Shown here in pieces: positions 40,007 through 50,900 of a stretch of 64,000 nucleotides of DNA. The stretch comes from an uncultured bacterium. Its GTDB lineage: Bacteria > Babelota > Babeliae > Babelales > Babelaceae. Position numbers and translations under genes: made by a program. Positions within the stretch are counted from its first letter, which is position 1; each line of letters begins with the position of its first letter. The notes under the pieces were generated by a model. That model made no database searches. It was not told the DNA's origin and saw only the letters and a list, made by a program, of their open reading frames with translations. Where the stretch lies: positions 416,001 through 480,000 of the forward strand of contig CAWKFG010000004.1 in NCBI GenBank assembly GCA_963848965.1. Direction: 5' to 3'.

Positions 40007-41506
40007 TCATGCAGGAACAAATAATTTAGAAAATTCTTTTGCTATCTGACGAAGCTGTTGCAATTGTCCTTCAGTAATATCTCCTGTAGAGAAAATACTG
40101 TCATAGAGCTCTCGGTAAACTGAATGTACATAACTTATAAATTGCGTCGCAAATCCTTTAACTTCTTTAAGATCAAGCGTATCTAAAAAGTTATCTCTTA
40201 GTAAGAATAACATTAATGCTTGATCTACAAAAGAGTAGGTTACATATTGCTTTTGCTTTAAAAGCTCATAAGCAATCGCTCCTCTAGCTAATCTACGCTG
40301 CGAAATAACGTCAAGCTCTGTTCCAAACTGGGAGAATCCAAGAAGCTCTTGGTACTGTGCAAGTTCAAGACGTAATGCTCGTGTCATCTGCTTAATAGCT
40401 CGCGTTTGTGCTGCTCCTCCTACACGAGAGACTGAAAGCTCTACGTTTACTGCGGGCCGAATACCATTATTAAATAACTTGGTATCTAAAAATATCTGCC
40501 CATCAGTAATAGAAATAAGGTTTGTAGGAATATAAGCAGTTATGTCATCACTTTGTACTGTTACTATAGGCAATGCCGTAATAGACCCACCTGCCGCGAG
40601 CTTTCCTGCTCGCTCTAATAAACGAGAATGCAAGTAAAATACATCTCCTGGATATGCTTCTCGTCCTGGCGGACGACGCATTAAGAGCGACATTTCGCGA
40701 TACGCTACTGCATGGTTACTTAGATCATCGTAGACAATAAATACATCAGACTTTTGGTCTCTGAGATACTCTGCCATAGTACAAGCTACATAAGGAGCTA
40801 AGTATCTATCCAGCGCAGCTTCGCTTGCATCAGCACTTACAATAATAGTATACTCTAAAGCGCCATTTTCTTCAAGTAATCGAACCGTTCTTGCAAGATT
40901 TGCTTGTCTCTGACCAATAGAAACGTATACACAATAGACATTTTTGCCCTTCTGGTGCAAAATTGCATCCATAGCAAGGCCAGTTTTGCCAGTTCCTCTA
41001 TTTCCTACAACAAGTTCTCGTTGCCCTTTTCCTATAGGAACTAAAGCATCAATGGCAAGTATACCTGTTTCTAAAGATTCATTAATAGGAGAACGTTCAA
41101 CTATACCTGGAATAGTAACTTCTATAGGACGATACTCTTCAACTTGAAGTTCTCCCATATCATCAAGCGGCTCTCCAACAGCGTTTACCACTCGACCTAA
41201 AAGGCTTCGTCCTACCGGAGCTTTAAATACTCCACCAGTACGACGCACTATCTCAAGCTCTGCAACAGCAGTTTGTGCACGAAGCAAGAACACCGTAACA
41301 AAGTCTTCGTCTAGGTTCATGACGATTCCTCGATTACCGCCATCAAACTGCACAAGCTCTCCCGATACAGCTTTATTGAGCCCGTGAATTTTGCACAGAG
41401 TATCTCCTACTTGCACAACAAACCCGATCTCATCTAAATTACGTTCAGGAAGATTTGCTAAAGCTTTTTCAAAAAGCGATATAAGATCGGTACTTTTAAC
41501 TTCCAT
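40007..41506 (-). CDS. atpA: ATP synthase subunit alpha
   Basis: [32 protein letters not shown]. Confidence 0.97.
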   Translation of the reverse strand: MEVKSTDLISLFEKALANLPERNLDEIGFVVQVGDTLCKIHGLNKAVSGELVQFDGGNRGIVMNLDEDFVTVFLLRAQTAVAELEIVRRTGGVFKAPVGRSLLGRVVNAVGEPLDDMGELQVEEYRPIEVTIPGIVERSPINESLETGILAIDALVPIGKGQRELVVGNRGTGKTGLAMDAILHQKGKNVYCVYVSIGQRQANLARTVRLLEENGALEYTIIVSADASEAALDRYLAPYVACTMAEYLRDQKSDVFIVYDDLSNHAVAYREMSLLMRRPPGREAYPGDVFYLHSRLLERAGKLAAGGSITALPIVTVQSDDITAYIPTNLISITDGQIFLDTKLFNNGIRPAVNVELSVSRVGGAAQTRAIKQMTRALRLELAQYQELLGFSQFGTELDVISQRRLARGAIAYELLKQKQYVTYSFVDQALMLFLLRDNFLDTLDLKEVKGFATQFISYVHSVYRELYDSIFSTGDITEGQLQQLRQIAKEFSKLFVPA

Positions 41507-41515
41507 AGATATCCT

Positions 41516-42052
41516 TTATGGTGCTGCGCGCAAAGCTTTGAGCTGCTTACGCACTGAATGTTCCCATCCATAGCTATCGCTATAAAGCTTTATACCCGCA
41601 ATTAAGCGCTTATCAATAAGCGCTGTATACAAAATCTTTTTACCCGTTTTTTCGCTTAAAAAATCTACTATTTGGTTAAGCTCAGGCTCATTTAAGCGAT
41701 GTGAGCTTACAATAGTAAACTCCATAATACCATGTTGTTCATTATACAGTCTAACAATATATTCTAAAATTTTTGGTAAAAGAAAAAGGCGCTGCTGTTG
41801 TTCCAAAAGATTAATAAGGCTTTTAAACAAAGAGTCAAGGTTAAATTTTATCAAAAGATCGAGAAAATCTTTTTTAGTCGTTTCGCCATCTAAAAAAGAA
41901 AGCTGCACATAGAAAAGTACTCGTCTATGCTGACCTAAAAATGTCGCAAGACGCTTTACATGCTCCATTTCTTGAGTATCAAGCTTATCAATGAAAACGT
42001 TTATAAACGCTTTAGCATATTTTCGTGCTAATGTATTATCTTGCGTATTCAT
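41516..42052 (-). CDS. atpH: ATP synthase subunit delta
   Basis: ARKYAKA, D..LIAGI; operon position. Confidence 0.85.
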   Translation of the reverse strand: MNTQDNTLARKYAKAFINVFIDKLDTQEMEHVKRLATFLGQHRRVLFYVQLSFLDGETTKKDFLDLLIKFNLDSLFKSLINLLEQQQRLFLLPKILEYIVRLYNEQHGIMEFTIVSSHRLNEPELNQIVDFLSEKTGKKILYTALIDKRLIAGIKLYSDSYGWEHSVRKQLKALRAAP

Positions 42053-42522
42053 AGTTTCTTCAACTTCTCAATAGTAGACTGTATATATTCATCTACATGT
42101 GACTGATTAGTAAAATATTCAGTAAAGTCTTTCTCTAACTTACCTGCCACTAATACAGAAAGCTGTACTTGTGTCTTCCTTAGTGCATGATTATACGATT
42201 GGATACGTAACCGTTCTTGAACTGCATGTTGTATATGCCGCTTTTCCTCTTCTTTTTGTGTATAATGGTTATAAACTTCTCCTCTCCAGTGATCTATTCG
42301 CTTTACAAGATTACCACAATCAACTTGCTGCGCCTTTATTTCCTCTTCTAATGCCTGCTGTGATACAAGAAGTTGATTATGTTCTTCATGAAGATTTTGC
42401 ACAACAAGCCGTTCTTGTTCTAATTTTCCACGAAAGGTCGGTGCTAAAAAGTTTCTAAAAATGTAGACCACTAGAAAAGCTACAATACCCACATTAAGCA
42501 GCTGAAATAAAATATCAATCAT
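42049..42522 (-). CDS. atpF: ATP synthase subunit b
   Basis: N-terminal TM (FQLLN) plus coiled coil; operon position. Confidence 0.7.
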   Translation of the reverse strand: MIDILFQLLNVGIVAFLVVYIFRNFLAPTFRGKLEQERLVVQNLHEEHNQLLVSQQALEEEIKAQQVDCGNLVKRIDHWRGEVYNHYTQKEEEKRHIQHAVQERLRIQSYNHALRKTQVQLSVLVAGKLEKDFTEYFTNQSHVDEYIQSTIEKLKKL

Positions 42523-42889
42523 GAAGTACCTTCGATTTTAAATCTAAAACAACTTCGTCGCTCAATGCATCTAATTCATCATGTGTAAGCTCTTTACCTG
42601 GAGTTATGCTAGCAGCTCTTTCTACAGCTCTTTCTTGAGGTCTTTCTAATACTGGACGATTCTTGTAAAAATACTCTTGGCAGTCTTGCCATCCTTGATG
42701 CTTACGTTCTTGCTGTAGTGCAAGATACTCCTGCTCATGTACAACACGAGCACGAAGGTCAGAAAGCTTTTTTATCTCTGCTTGTAATAGACGGTATGCA
42801 GGCTTTAGCAAAAGCCGTGAGATAAACCAATATGCAACCAAAAAGTGAAATGCTTGAATAACAAGCGTAAAATTGAGTGATAGAGCCAT
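42515..42889 (-). CDS. ATP synthase subunit b'-like
   Basis: LNFTLVIQ..HF....LLLKP; operon position. Confidence 0.7.
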   Translation of the reverse strand: MALSLNFTLVIQAFHFLVAYWFISRLLLKPAYRLLQAEIKKLSDLRARVVHEQEYLALQQERKHQGWQDCQEYFYKNRPVLERPQERAVERAASITPGKELTHDELDALSDEVVLDLKSKVLHD

Positions 42890-42892
42890 AGG

Positions 42893-43141
42893 TTATGTAA
42901 ATAAAATAAGCATCATTGCAACAACAAATGCATAAATAGCACTTGTTTCAACAATACCTAACGCAAGAAACATAGTCGTTCGTATTTTATTTGCACTTTC
43001 TGGATATTTGCCCATATTTTCAACCGCTTTTGCAGCAATCATCCCCTGCCCTAAAGCTGGCCCTAGAGATCCAATACCCATTACTATTGCAGCCCCTAAA
43101 TAGGCAGCAACTTTTACGTAGTTAGTTACATCAGCTTGCAT
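42893..43141 (-). CDS. atpE: ATP synthase subunit c
   Basis: GIGSLGPALGQG, conserved Glu in IVET. Confidence 0.93.
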   Translation of the reverse strand: MQADVTNYVKVAAYLGAAIVMGIGSLGPALGQGMIAAKAVENMGKYPESANKIRTTMFLALGIVETSAIYAFVVAMMLILFT

Positions 43142-43336
43142 GCCGAAACCTTTCTGGCCTTATACGTTGATCTTTTTCTCCATTCTACCTCAAAAAGCAA
43201 AACAATTACAACAGCATCCTTGAACTTATAGCAAACTCATTACTACTATTTTTTTGTTTTCTTATAATATAAAGAGCTCCTAGATGGTCTTTTCCAGGAG
43301 CTCTATGAATTTTATAGGCAACAAAATACGATGATA

Positions 43337-44077
43337 TTAAACAACTATATACGGCGAGTGAACCAATGTGCTCTTTGCACTCACTGCAGTAGGAATGCTA
43401 TACTGTACTTCCAAAAACTGTGCAATTTTTGCCATATGTTCTTGTTGAATACGGGGATTACTTTCAAAATCTTCATCACAATGAATAACAAGCACAGGAG
43501 TATCTTTTAAGTAAGGAGCAACACCCTCCTTTTGTACAAGCCATGATTCATGCTTATCATGTAAAAGCTTTAAATATTCTTTTGATACACCTGCTTCTTC
43601 AGAACGATTGCGTTTTAGTAAGCGTTTATAGCATATTTCTGGGTCGGTTTTCATGTAAATAAAGCCACTTGGCTTTGCCATATAGTTATCAACAAGCCAG
43701 CTAAACCATTCTTGATACAATTTCCACTCAAGAGCATTCATCACACCCATTTCATAGCAATTTTGTGCAAAGCAGTATCTATCTGAATAGACAGACCGCT
43801 CTAAAATTTGAAAAGGACTCGTACATTCTTTTGCTTGCAATTCTCGCTCAAGAACACGAGTTACAAACGCATATGTCTGAAATGTATATGCCCAGCGTTG
43901 AGTATCTGAATAAAACCGTTCCAAGAGGTTTTCACCACCTACATTTTGCCACTTCTGATGAGGCTCATACACTACTTGGGCATTAAGGTACTCGGTGATG
44001 ATGCGCAAGAAGGTAGATTTGCCCGCTCCAATATTACCCTCTACGACAAAATATTTATGCTCTGGTTGAGCGTGCAT
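43337..44077 (-). CDS. Deoxynucleoside kinase
   Basis: EGNIGAGKST, ERSVYSDRYCF, R.RSEE. Confidence 0.92.
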   Translation of the reverse strand: MHAQPEHKYFVVEGNIGAGKSTFLRIITEYLNAQVVYEPHQKWQNVGGENLLERFYSDTQRWAYTFQTYAFVTRVLERELQAKECTSPFQILERSVYSDRYCFAQNCYEMGVMNALEWKLYQEWFSWLVDNYMAKPSGFIYMKTDPEICYKRLLKRNRSEEAGVSKEYLKLLHDKHESWLVQKEGVAPYLKDTPVLVIHCDEDFESNPRIQQEHMAKIAQFLEVQYSIPTAVSAKSTLVHSPYIVV

Positions 44078-44370
44078 GAGAGACTCCTTTAAAAGAACGT
44101 ACATAATCTTTCCAACTTAGTGTATCTAAGTATAAAGAGATTTCAATGCAAAAATTTTTCTTCTTTCTACGTGATGACGCAAACTCTTTGTATATCAGAT
44201 AAGCCATTTTGAGGAAACAGAAAAATGGCTGCACATTAGTAACCTCTCGTATATACAATAAAAAACCTTTGATTAAAAGGCTATTTTGTCAAGAAGATAA
44301 AAGCCTGCTAAACTTGAAATAACTTTATATCGAAGCACTTACTCTTTAACTTAGGTACGAAAAAAAACTT

Positions 44371-46026
44371 ATGAAAAAAGGACTTTACTCACTTGTTCTG
44401 TTGAGTGTACTTTCTTTTACAGCAGATATATTGTCTGACTGCGATTGTACTGATGGAAGCTCAGTTGATGCACTCTTTAATCCAGACACAGAAGTACCAC
44501 TACGACCATTCGCACCTCCTGCTGCTGATGATTGTCAAACAGCAAGCGATATTTTAGCGCTTATTACACCAGGAGATCCGCCACCGCTTATCGACGCTCC
44601 TGCTCTATTGCGCGAGAATCTCTATAAATCGACAGTAGGTCCTGTAACACGCAGAAGTTTACTCGATGAACCTGCCTTAATGCCAGACTGGCTTGCAACA
44701 GATTGCTGGTCCATTTTTATGCAGCCTTTTTATAATTTTACTCCTCATGTATTTTTTACAGAAAATAGTCCCTTTATTTGTAACTATATTAATCTAACAA
44801 ACGAAAACATTGTTAACGAGCTCAGTAACAGAGATTTTGTTACCGTAAACGTTCCTGGAGTCCTTGGACTATTTACCCAGATTAAATTGCAACAGCATCG
44901 AGCAGGTTTCATGTTTGGCCTGAGTAAGGTGTTCAACAGATGGGCCTTTAACTGCAAGATACCGCTGTATTATCTCCTTGAGCATTTCTTTCTTACAGAA
45001 GCAGAGCTCGATCGCATTAAAAACAGCCCGTTTATCGAACAATTACAACTTACTCAAAAAGATCCTAGTGGTTGTGACGAGAATGAAGCAAAAGCGAAAG
45101 AGTTTGTACTTCAGCATCTTGTAAGCGATAAGGTAGGTCTTGGAGATTCACGTTTAAGCTTTATGTGGACCCCTTATTGTACTTCACGCAGTCAATTGTG
45201 GTTAGGAATGCGAATGACTCTTCCTACAGCAGCTACTATGGCCTCTGCTTTATTAGGAGGCCGCTTTGTAGAATGTTCTCATATACCACCCTTTAATATA
45301 AAACGCTTATTTAATACGTTCTTTTGTGCAAACGGTGCCGTTGAACAAAAGCTTGCAAATGAGGAGATTCAAAGAACAGTTACTGACTTTCTTGTAGGAG
45401 CTCTCGATAGACTTTCTACCATTCTTATTAATACACCGCTTGGCAATGGTAAACATTTTGGAGGAGGACCTGAAGTAACATTTAAATACAACTTTAATGA
45501 GTGCTTTAGTATGCAAACATATGTAGCAGTAGAAGCATTTACCAAACATAAAGAGCGCAGATTCTTTTTAGTAAGAAAAAATCAAAGTGATTTTGATAGA
45601 AATTTTAGAACTGACAATCCCGTAGAAGCAGATGCGAATCTTGCATTTCTTAATCAACAAGTTATTAATACCCTTTACCCTCGTGGTGTAAAAATTGAAG
45701 TAAAACCGGGTCTTGTTGCACAAGTTAATCACTCTTTTCGGTATGATACTGAGCATTGGAATGCTTACCTAGGATTTGACTACTGGCGACAAGGAGGAGA
45801 AACGTTAGGAGCTATCCTTAAAGGTCCTCATGTTCCATTAGTAATTGAAAAAGGAATTCGTCCTCCTGCACAACAGGGTAAAGTGTTTGGTGGTTTTGGA
45901 TACTATGGATGTACACACTGCAGGGGATTAGGGTGGCACATTTTAGTAAATGCTGATGCTACAGCATTTAATAGAGGCATTGGCGAAAGTTATACTCTCG
46001 GTATACTATTAGGTATAGATTTCTAG
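44371..46026 (+). CDS. Hypothetical exported protein, possible outer-membrane beta-barrel
   Basis: Signal peptide, beta-rich C-terminus ending in Phe. Confidence 0.65.
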   Translation: MKKGLYSLVLLSVLSFTADILSDCDCTDGSSVDALFNPDTEVPLRPFAPPAADDCQTASDILALITPGDPPPLIDAPALLRENLYKSTVGPVTRRSLLDEPALMPDWLATDCWSIFMQPFYNFTPHVFFTENSPFICNYINLTNENIVNELSNRDFVTVNVPGVLGLFTQIKLQQHRAGFMFGLSKVFNRWAFNCKIPLYYLLEHFFLTEAELDRIKNSPFIEQLQLTQKDPSGCDENEAKAKEFVLQHLVSDKVGLGDSRLSFMWTPYCTSRSQLWLGMRMTLPTAATMASALLGGRFVECSHIPPFNIKRLFNTFFCANGAVEQKLANEEIQRTVTDFLVGALDRLSTILINTPLGNGKHFGGGPEVTFKYNFNECFSMQTYVAVEAFTKHKERRFFLVRKNQSDFDRNFRTDNPVEADANLAFLNQQVINTLYPRGVKIEVKPGLVAQVNHSFRYDTEHWNAYLGFDYWRQGGETLGAILKGPHVPLVIEKGIRPPAQQGKVFGGFGYYGCTHCRGLGWHILVNADATAFNRGIGESYTLGILLGIDF

Positions 46027-46042
46027 CATTCAAGGAGTTATC

Positions 46043-46726
46043 ATGAACTATTTTAATATATTGCTTTTAACCTGTATCAGCTTCAACCTTGCTCTCCGGG
46101 CAGCAGCCCCTACTAGCGATAAACTTGATAAGCCTATACGCTTAACAGATCCTATTCTTGCTACAGTCGATGGCAGAGTTATAAAAGCAGATAATATTAA
46201 CAACTCCATTTTGGCAGGACGTATGCTTTTAATTTTCATGGATGGAGGAAATCTTCAATCACTTCCTTCAAAAGATATTGAAGTTCAAGGTAAGACGTAT
46301 CTTTTAGAAGATCTTTTGGCTACAAATTTTCGTGGCAAAAAATCTACGCTCAAAGAGCTTGTACAATACGAAGAGAAAGCAATAACAGATCAAGAAAAGA
46401 AAGAAGTTAAAGATGCTCTTAAAGAAGCCAAAAAGAAGTTTAATCTCTTTATGAATCGCTCAATGGCAGAAGCTCGTGGAACCAAGCAGATGGCACAACA
46501 ACTTATGACCGACTCTTTAAACAAAAGAAAAAGAACAAATAGTCCCTTAAGCACATATGCTAAAGTTGAAGAAGGCAAAGAAGAAGAATCTTTAGAAAAA
46601 GAGATAACTTCATGTAAGCTTCTTTACATTCTTTGTCATGATCTTTTCAACTTTCTTCGAGATGTTGTACATAGCTGTCCTAAAGCAGTAGCAGACTTTA
46701 AAGCACGTCAACAGAAACAAAGGTAA
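46043..46726 (+). CDS. Hypothetical secreted protein
   Basis: AAGGAG RBS, signal peptide. Confidence 0.7.
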   Translation: MNYFNILLLTCISFNLALRAAAPTSDKLDKPIRLTDPILATVDGRVIKADNINNSILAGRMLLIFMDGGNLQSLPSKDIEVQGKTYLLEDLLATNFRGKKSTLKELVQYEEKAITDQEKKEVKDALKEAKKKFNLFMNRSMAEARGTKQMAQQLMTDSLNKRKRTNSPLSTYAKVEEGKEEESLEKEITSCKLLYILCHDLFNFLRDVVHSCPKAVADFKARQQKQR

Positions 46727-46728
46727 TT

Positions 46729-48915
46729 ATGCAGGAGCTTGAAACACTTACTGGAACTATTGAAAAGTTTCTTTTCCAAAGCCCTGATAATGGCTTTGCC
46801 GTATTTGTGCTTCAGGCTCATGCACATTCTGCAGTTACTGTAAAGGGCTATTTACCAAATTTGCAAGTTGGACAAGAAGTTCAAATAAAAGGGACATGGG
46901 TCTTTCATGCTAAGTTTGGCAAACAATTTGAGGCACAACATTGTATCTCTGTAATTCCTACAACACTCGTAGGGCTTAAAAGATATTTAAGCTCTGGCCT
47001 TATTAAAGGTATTGGTCCGAGTTATGCTGATAAGCTTGTTAATTATTTTGGTGGCGATGTTCTTAAAATCATAGATTCTGCACCAGAAAGGCTCAAGGAA
47101 GTTGGGGGCATTGGTGATAAACGGCTTGAGACTATAACAGAAGCATGGAAAGAGCAAAAAGAAGTAGCCAATATTATGGTCTTTTTGCAAGAGAAGGGTA
47201 TTACAGCTTCTTATGCTGCTCGTATTTATAAGCATTACCGACATGAATCGCTTGCAATTGTACAAGAAAATCCATATCGCCTTGCAGATGAAGTATGGGG
47301 TATTGGATTTAAGACTGCAGATGAAATTGCAATGAAGCTTGGATTTCAACCTCAGGCGCCACAACGTATTGCAGCGGGTATTCTCTATGCTATTAGTGTA
47401 GCATCACAACAAGGGCACCTCTATGTTGAACTTCAAGATCTTAAAGCAAAGACTCGTGAGCTTTTAGAACTTCCTCCAGACATGCATGACGACCTTTTAA
47501 AGCAAGCATTACATACTCTTTATAATAAAGATAAAATTAAACTGCTTACTGAAGATGGCGTACATTATATAACTCTTACGTCATTCTATTTCTCTGAGCA
47601 AGGTGTTGCTCATCGTATTACAAAGCTTCTTACAACGCCTATCTCTTTTTCTTTTGATATTGATGAGCTTTATAAAACTTTACGAGCACCTAATGAAGGC
47701 GAACTGTATCTTAATGAAGATCAGCAACGTGGTATTATGAGCTGCTTACAAAATAAGATAACGATTATTACCGGTGGTCCAGGAACAGGAAAAACGACCC
47801 TTATTAAAAAATTGCTGACCTTACTCGATTTAGAGCGCGTAAACTATAAACTTGCTGCCCCTACAGGTAGAGCTGCTAAAAGAATTATAGAGGGCACTGG
47901 CAGATATGCAATGACTATCCATCGCTTATTAGAGTTTGATGTGAGCACTATGAGCTTTACGCATAATGAACATCATGCTTTAAAGCTTGATTTTCTTATT
48001 ATTGATGAAGCATCAATGATCGATATCTTTTTAGCTCATGCTATTTTAAAAGCATTACCTCACAATGCTCATCTTGTACTTATAGGAGATGTTGATCAGC
48101 TACCATCTGTTGGCGCAGGAAATTTCCTTCAGGACCTTATTGCAAGTAATAAGATTGCCTGTGTGCGTCTTACACAAATTTTTAGGCAGGCACAAAATAG
48201 CCTTATTGTAGTTAATGCTCATAAAATAAATAAAGGTGAATTTCCTGTCTCATTCTTACCAGAATCCCGTAGAGACTTTAAGTTTATTAAAGAAGAGAAT
48301 GCTGAAACTATCATAGAGCACCTTAAAAGTATTTTGTCACTCGAGCTTACCAAGCATGGTATAGGTGTTGATGATGCTATTGTGCTTACTCCTATGAATA
48401 AAGGAGCAGTAGGAACTCATGCACTTAATCATGCACTACAAAAGCTTCTAAACTCACATCCTACTCACGAACAGGTAAGCTATGCAGGAACCATCTATAA
48501 GCGCAATGATAAAGTTATGCAGATTCGCAATAACTATGATAAACAGGTATATAATGGAGATATTGGCAGTATAGAAGAAGTAGATATAGAAAATCGTGAA
48601 CTCAAAGTTAACTTTGGTGATCACCGTATTATTGGCTATGAATTTGAAGAGCTCAGTGAGCTTGTGCTTGCCTATGCCATTTCTATACATAAAAGCCAAG
48701 GGTCTGAGTATTCTGCCGTTATTGTACCACTATTTACACAACACTTTATACTTCTTCAGCGCAACCTTGTCTACACAGCTCTTACACGAGCTAAAAGACT
48801 GTGTATCTTTATAGGACAACCTCGAGCACTTGCTATAGCACTTAACAATAACAAAGGAACTAAGCGTATTACGTTCTTACAGAAATTCTTAACAAGCAGT
48901 GAATTTAATGCATAA
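46729..48915 (+). CDS. recD2: RecD2 ATP-dependent helicase
   Basis: HhH GIG motifs, GGPGTGKTT, DEASM, QLPSVG, AYAISIHKSQGSE. Confidence 0.95.
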   Translation: MQELETLTGTIEKFLFQSPDNGFAVFVLQAHAHSAVTVKGYLPNLQVGQEVQIKGTWVFHAKFGKQFEAQHCISVIPTTLVGLKRYLSSGLIKGIGPSYADKLVNYFGGDVLKIIDSAPERLKEVGGIGDKRLETITEAWKEQKEVANIMVFLQEKGITASYAARIYKHYRHESLAIVQENPYRLADEVWGIGFKTADEIAMKLGFQPQAPQRIAAGILYAISVASQQGHLYVELQDLKAKTRELLELPPDMHDDLLKQALHTLYNKDKIKLLTEDGVHYITLTSFYFSEQGVAHRITKLLTTPISFSFDIDELYKTLRAPNEGELYLNEDQQRGIMSCLQNKITIITGGPGTGKTTLIKKLLTLLDLERVNYKLAAPTGRAAKRIIEGTGRYAMTIHRLLEFDVSTMSFTHNEHHALKLDFLIIDEASMIDIFLAHAILKALPHNAHLVLIGDVDQLPSVGAGNFLQDLIASNKIACVRLTQIFRQAQNSLIVVNAHKINKGEFPVSFLPESRRDFKFIKEENAETIIEHLKSILSLELTKHGIGVDDAIVLTPMNKGAVGTHALNHALQKLLNSHPTHEQVSYAGTIYKRNDKVMQIRNNYDKQVYNGDIGSIEEVDIENRELKVNFGDHRIIGYEFEELSELVLAYAISIHKSQGSEYSAVIVPLFTQHFILLQRNLVYTALTRAKRLCIFIGQPRALAIALNNNKGTKRITFLQKFLTSSEFNA

Positions 48916-49030
48916 GTCTCAAGCGTTCTTATTAAAAGTAATACCTATATAAGCAGTTTTGAGATATACAAAAAGCATGCTATACTATTCTATAAGAATT
49001 AAATGTATTATAGTGTTACTTAGTGTGTTT

Positions 49031-49795
49031 ATGCATTTTATAAAAATTTTATTCACTGCTTTCCTACTCGTTATGCTTCCAGCACAAGCTTGGTTTTGGT
49101 TTAAAAAAGACCCAAAGCCTGAAAAAATAGAAAAGCCTCAACCACAGGCACGTATTTTTACGCTTATGATTCATCCTGCAGATAGTCATACACCTCGAAT
49201 GATAGAAGATACGCTTGAGCGCACTATAACATTAGAATGTGCTCAAGAGATAAAAAGAGTATTAGAAGCTCGTATTCCTGGAGTCTATGTTGTTTTAACA
49301 CGAAATGCAGCAGATATGGTAGAGCCTTTGCAATGTGCATCGCTTGCAAATAGGCTTAATGTAAATTTTTATATAAGTCTTCATTTTTATCGAAGTAACG
49401 AAAAAGTAAATAAATTGTATCTTTATCATGTGCTCTATAATCCTGTTACCGATTTTTGGCAAACAAGAGATAGTGAGCTTTCGCTTATACCGTGTGATAA
49501 AGCATATAAAAATAACATTAAAAAAACTCAGGCATGGGCAACACGTATGCTTGAAAGTCTTAAGAGTGCTCTTGGCTTTAGTTGTCAAGGCCTTTTAGGA
49601 ATTCCCTTTAGACCCCTTAAAGGGGTGCTTGCTCCTGCACTTGGTATAGAGTGCAGTATAAAAAAGAAAGAAGATCATAGATTACTTGTAGAGCCGCTTG
49701 TTACAGCTTTACATGAGATTATTAAGCACTATGAACCTGAGAAAAAAGATGATACAATCACTCAAGCCTTTCCATTACCTGCTCATATCACTTAG
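49031..49795 (+). CDS. N-acetylmuramoyl-L-alanine amidase-like (Amidase_3), divergent
   Basis: VVLTR, ANRL....ISLH, PALGIE. Confidence 0.75.
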   Translation: MHFIKILFTAFLLVMLPAQAWFWFKKDPKPEKIEKPQPQARIFTLMIHPADSHTPRMIEDTLERTITLECAQEIKRVLEARIPGVYVVLTRNAADMVEPLQCASLANRLNVNFYISLHFYRSNEKVNKLYLYHVLYNPVTDFWQTRDSELSLIPCDKAYKNNIKKTQAWATRMLESLKSALGFSCQGLLGIPFRPLKGVLAPALGIECSIKKKEDHRLLVEPLVTALHEIIKHYEPEKKDDTITQAFPLPAHIT

Positions 49796-50300
49796 TGCTC
49801 TATGCGCAGGCACTATTTTTTATGGTATGTATAATGATTTTATTATTATTCGGTTTCCACTTAAAAACGTACCATCAGCCCTTACTACTACTGCTCAAAA
49901 AAAGAATTTTAAGCTTTTCTATTGGGCTCAAGGTAAATGGCATATGGAAGAAAAAGAATTATTAGCTCAAAATGCTGTTAAAACCCTTACCTATATTATA
50001 GCAAGCTGGCTTGCTTTGCTTGAAGATGAGCGTGTTATGGATAAAAAAGTTTCAGTTCAATCTGTTCTTATTGATGCATTAGGTACCGAAGCTTATATTT
50101 CATTTGATAGAAATCCTTTTTCAAAAGAAAGTTCTATATACCAAAAGCTCATGTGGATTGAAGGACTTCTTAAAACTATCCGTGAAAATGGTATTCCTCT
50201 AAAAACTATACGATTTTTGGTACATCATAAACCACTACAAGACCAACATCTTGATTTTTCCTCTTCATGGCCCATTTCAGGGTATATTCAGCCTTCTTGA
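49749..50300 (+). CDS. GerMN-like membrane-anchored protein
   Basis: N-terminal TM; AYISF...LLKT....IRFLV..HLDFS; follows amidase. Confidence 0.55.
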   Translation: MIQSLKPFHYLLISLSALCAGTIFYGMYNDFIIIRFPLKNVPSALTTTAQKKNFKLFYWAQGKWHMEEKELLAQNAVKTLTYIIASWLALLEDERVMDKKVSVQSVLIDALGTEAYISFDRNPFSKESSIYQKLMWIEGLLKTIRENGIPLKTIRFLVHHKPLQDQHLDFSSSWPISGYIQPS

Positions 50301-50424
50301 TGAAATTTTATTAGAAAATTACATTACCTTATAAAAAAATATATATCACTATCTTGAAATAATGGTGAGACTTTTTTTATACTAATGTAAAGATATTAAT
50401 GTCTATAAATCATAAGGAGAAAAA

Positions 50425-50748
50425 ATGACTAGACCACAAAGATCAGACCAAGAATATCAAGAAAAAAACGGTATTGCTCGAGAAGCTCGTGATACAAGAG
50501 AAGAAGCAGGAGAAACAGCTCAAGAAACAACTGCTCGTTTTAGGCAAATGCGCCCTGCTTATCAGGGGTATCTTTTACTGACTGTAGGTACATTACTTTT
50601 TCTCTTTAGTATAGGCCTTTTACCTATCCTAAGATGGGCAATGGTAGCAGCTTCAGTAGGATTAATCATATGGGGAGCAATGCGAGCAAACCTATTCCAA
50701 CAAATGAATGATTATTTTAGGCACATGAGTAAGAAAAAAAATCGGTAA
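50425..50748 (+). CDS. Small membrane protein
   Basis: AAGGAG RBS; two TM helices. Confidence 0.75.
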   Translation: MTRPQRSDQEYQEKNGIAREARDTREEAGETAQETTARFRQMRPAYQGYLLLTVGTLLFLFSIGLLPILRWAMVAASVGLIIWGAMRANLFQQMNDYFRHMSKKKNR

Positions 50749-50795
50749 GTTTATTAAAAAACCTTGCCCCATATTGGTGCGCTACCACACCACGC

Positions 50796-50829
50796 AGGAA
50801 ACCAACTTTACAGCTGGTTTCCTTTTTTT
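50796..50829 (+). terminator. Intrinsic terminator
   Basis: AGGAAACCA...TGGTTTCCT followed by a T run. Confidence 0.65.
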
Positions 50830-50900
50830 ATCCTCTTGCGATTACTTATAAGGTATAGTACACTTTTTGTGCACCCTTTTATTGCGCAAGAATTACTATC

